Shown here: positions 62,560 through 64,000 of the stretch, piece by piece
Numbering within the stretch: position 1 is the first letter of the stretch
Layout of the letters: each line of letters begins with the position of its first letter
Assembly: GCF_021869535.1 (NCBI RefSeq)
Contig: NW_026262723.1
Coordinates: forward strand, 51,770,001-51,834,000
DNA from: Mytilus californianus
Taxonomy: Eukaryota
Length of the DNA: 64,000 nt
Direction of reading: 5' to 3'
Position numbers and translations under genes: made by a program
The notes under the pieces: model-generated
The model's database searches: none
Seen by the model: the letters and a program-made list of their open reading frames with translations, nothing else
What the model was told of the DNA's origin: nothing

Positions 62560-63067
62560 ACATGGTTTTATTATTTGTTGTTATTGGCTTGGAACTTAAG
62601 CTTTCAAGTACTCTCAGATTGGTCTTTAGTGTTTTTGTTAGTTGTTTGATTGCTTTTTATCGATCTGATATGATTTTTTCAATTGATTTTTACAGTTTGT
62701 TCTTATGCTGTGCTGTTGCACCACAGTCCCAGGTTAGTGGGAGGGTTGGGCCACAGTAAATATGCCTGCCATATTCTATATGTGCCTGTTCCTTAGTCAT
62801 TAGCCTGTAATTCAGATGTTGTTGTTTGTTATATATATCATATTTGTTTTTTGTCTGTTGATTTGTACATGAATTAAGCCATTGGTTTTCTCATTTGAAT
62901 TGTTTTAAATTTTGTTATGTGTGGCCTTTTTTAGCTTGCTATCCAATATGGGTTTTGCTCATTGTTGAAGGCTGTAAGGCTATCTATAGTTGCTAACATC
63001 TAAGTCATTGGGTCTCTGGTGGATAGTTGTCTAACTGGCAATCAATACCACATCTCCTTATTTTATA
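62560..63067 (+). mobile_element. Decayed PLE-type 3' UTR (third family) with a twister-like remnant
   Basis: CAGGTTAGTGGGAGGGTTGG...CCTGCC...GCCTGTTCC...AGCCTG, then the TTGCTCATTGTTGAAGGC...GTTGTCT...GGCAATC..ACCACATCT terminus. Confidence 0.65.
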
Positions 63068-64000
63068 TTCTTAAGATTAACATTTAAACAGCCATTAGGG
63101 GCAAGTACTTACTTATTAATTTGCAAACTCGAAATTGAGTCATGTTGATGAGATCCAACGTCTTATGTAAAATTCCATAAAAATGCATGCATAATGACCC
63201 TAAGAACTAAGGTTATAACTTAACTAATTGCATTAGTTTTCCAGAGAGTAGTCCTAGTCTGATATCGTGGAATTACATTCTTTGGGTTATATAGTTGGCC
63301 TGTTTTATAAATTTGAAGTGAAACTTTCTCAGAGAAAATATTCCTGCATACTTATATCCTGTTTCTCATTATCTTCTTCGTGTCCATTTGTACAGAAAAG
63401 TTGATTAAGTACAAGTGTTATTTTCCAATATCAGATAAGGATACAGGGATGGATAAAACTCAGTAAATATTGGAACTTCAAATATGCTGTTGTAAGTAAT
63501 TTTTTCCTTGATTGATTAATTTTGAAAAGATTTGATTGTTAATGGGAGTGATTGAAGACTGATGGGATCTTAGTCATTTATACATTTCTAGGTTTTAGTT
63601 GATCTATCATTACCTATACTTGCTGTTGTCGTGAGGCAGCAGAAGTGGAATTTTCAAGGCAAATCAGAAAATAAAAAGTTTGCATTTCTTGACAGGACAA
63701 GGAAAAAAGTGTATTGAAATCTTATATGGGAGGGGAACCTATACATCATAACCACTCCCCAAAATCACAGTCTACCTTTGATGATCATAGTTATTAAAGA
63801 TTAATTAACTGCTTGCCACTTCAGCCTCAGCTGGCAATGTTTCAGTTTCTTTTTAGAACATGAACAAGTTAAAGAAAACAGGTTGAACCATTCCAAACTT
63901 AACTAGATATTTGTAGGAGGCTTTTCCTAAGTTAAATTGATGCAAGCATGCTGCATGCAAATCTCTTAAATACTTATTTTAATTTTTGCATCAGCAGCAT

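Overview
AT-rich (roughly 30% GC by eye) eukaryotic, repeat-dominated DNA. The repeat repertoire looks like a bivalve mollusc, Mytilus-like (inference). No intact, identifiable protein-coding gene is present, and almost all ORF-track entries are spurious or repeat-derived. The main discovery is a 5'-truncated Penelope-like retroelement with a Naiad-type RT (~1830-4075, +). It has (i) an in-frame TGA where related RTs usually have Cys, (ii) a canonical form-2 SECIS hairpin about 50 nt after the stop codon, (iii) a sequence matching a circularly permuted (P5-type) twister self-cleaving ribozyme, and (iv) a conserved multibranch 3'-terminal fold. Decayed twister scaffolds with compensatory changes recur in other PLE-type 3' ends in the window (55.4 kb, 62.7 kb, perhaps 5.3 kb). 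Together these suggest a selenoprotein-encoding, twister-processed retroelement system. The rest of the window holds Helentron-like non-autonomous elements carrying 150-170 bp satellite-like arrays, MITEs and foldback elements, a LINE 3' fragment, tRNA-type SINE remnants, minisatellites and a few weak orphan exon candidates. All structures were derived by eye and need computational and experimental confirmation.
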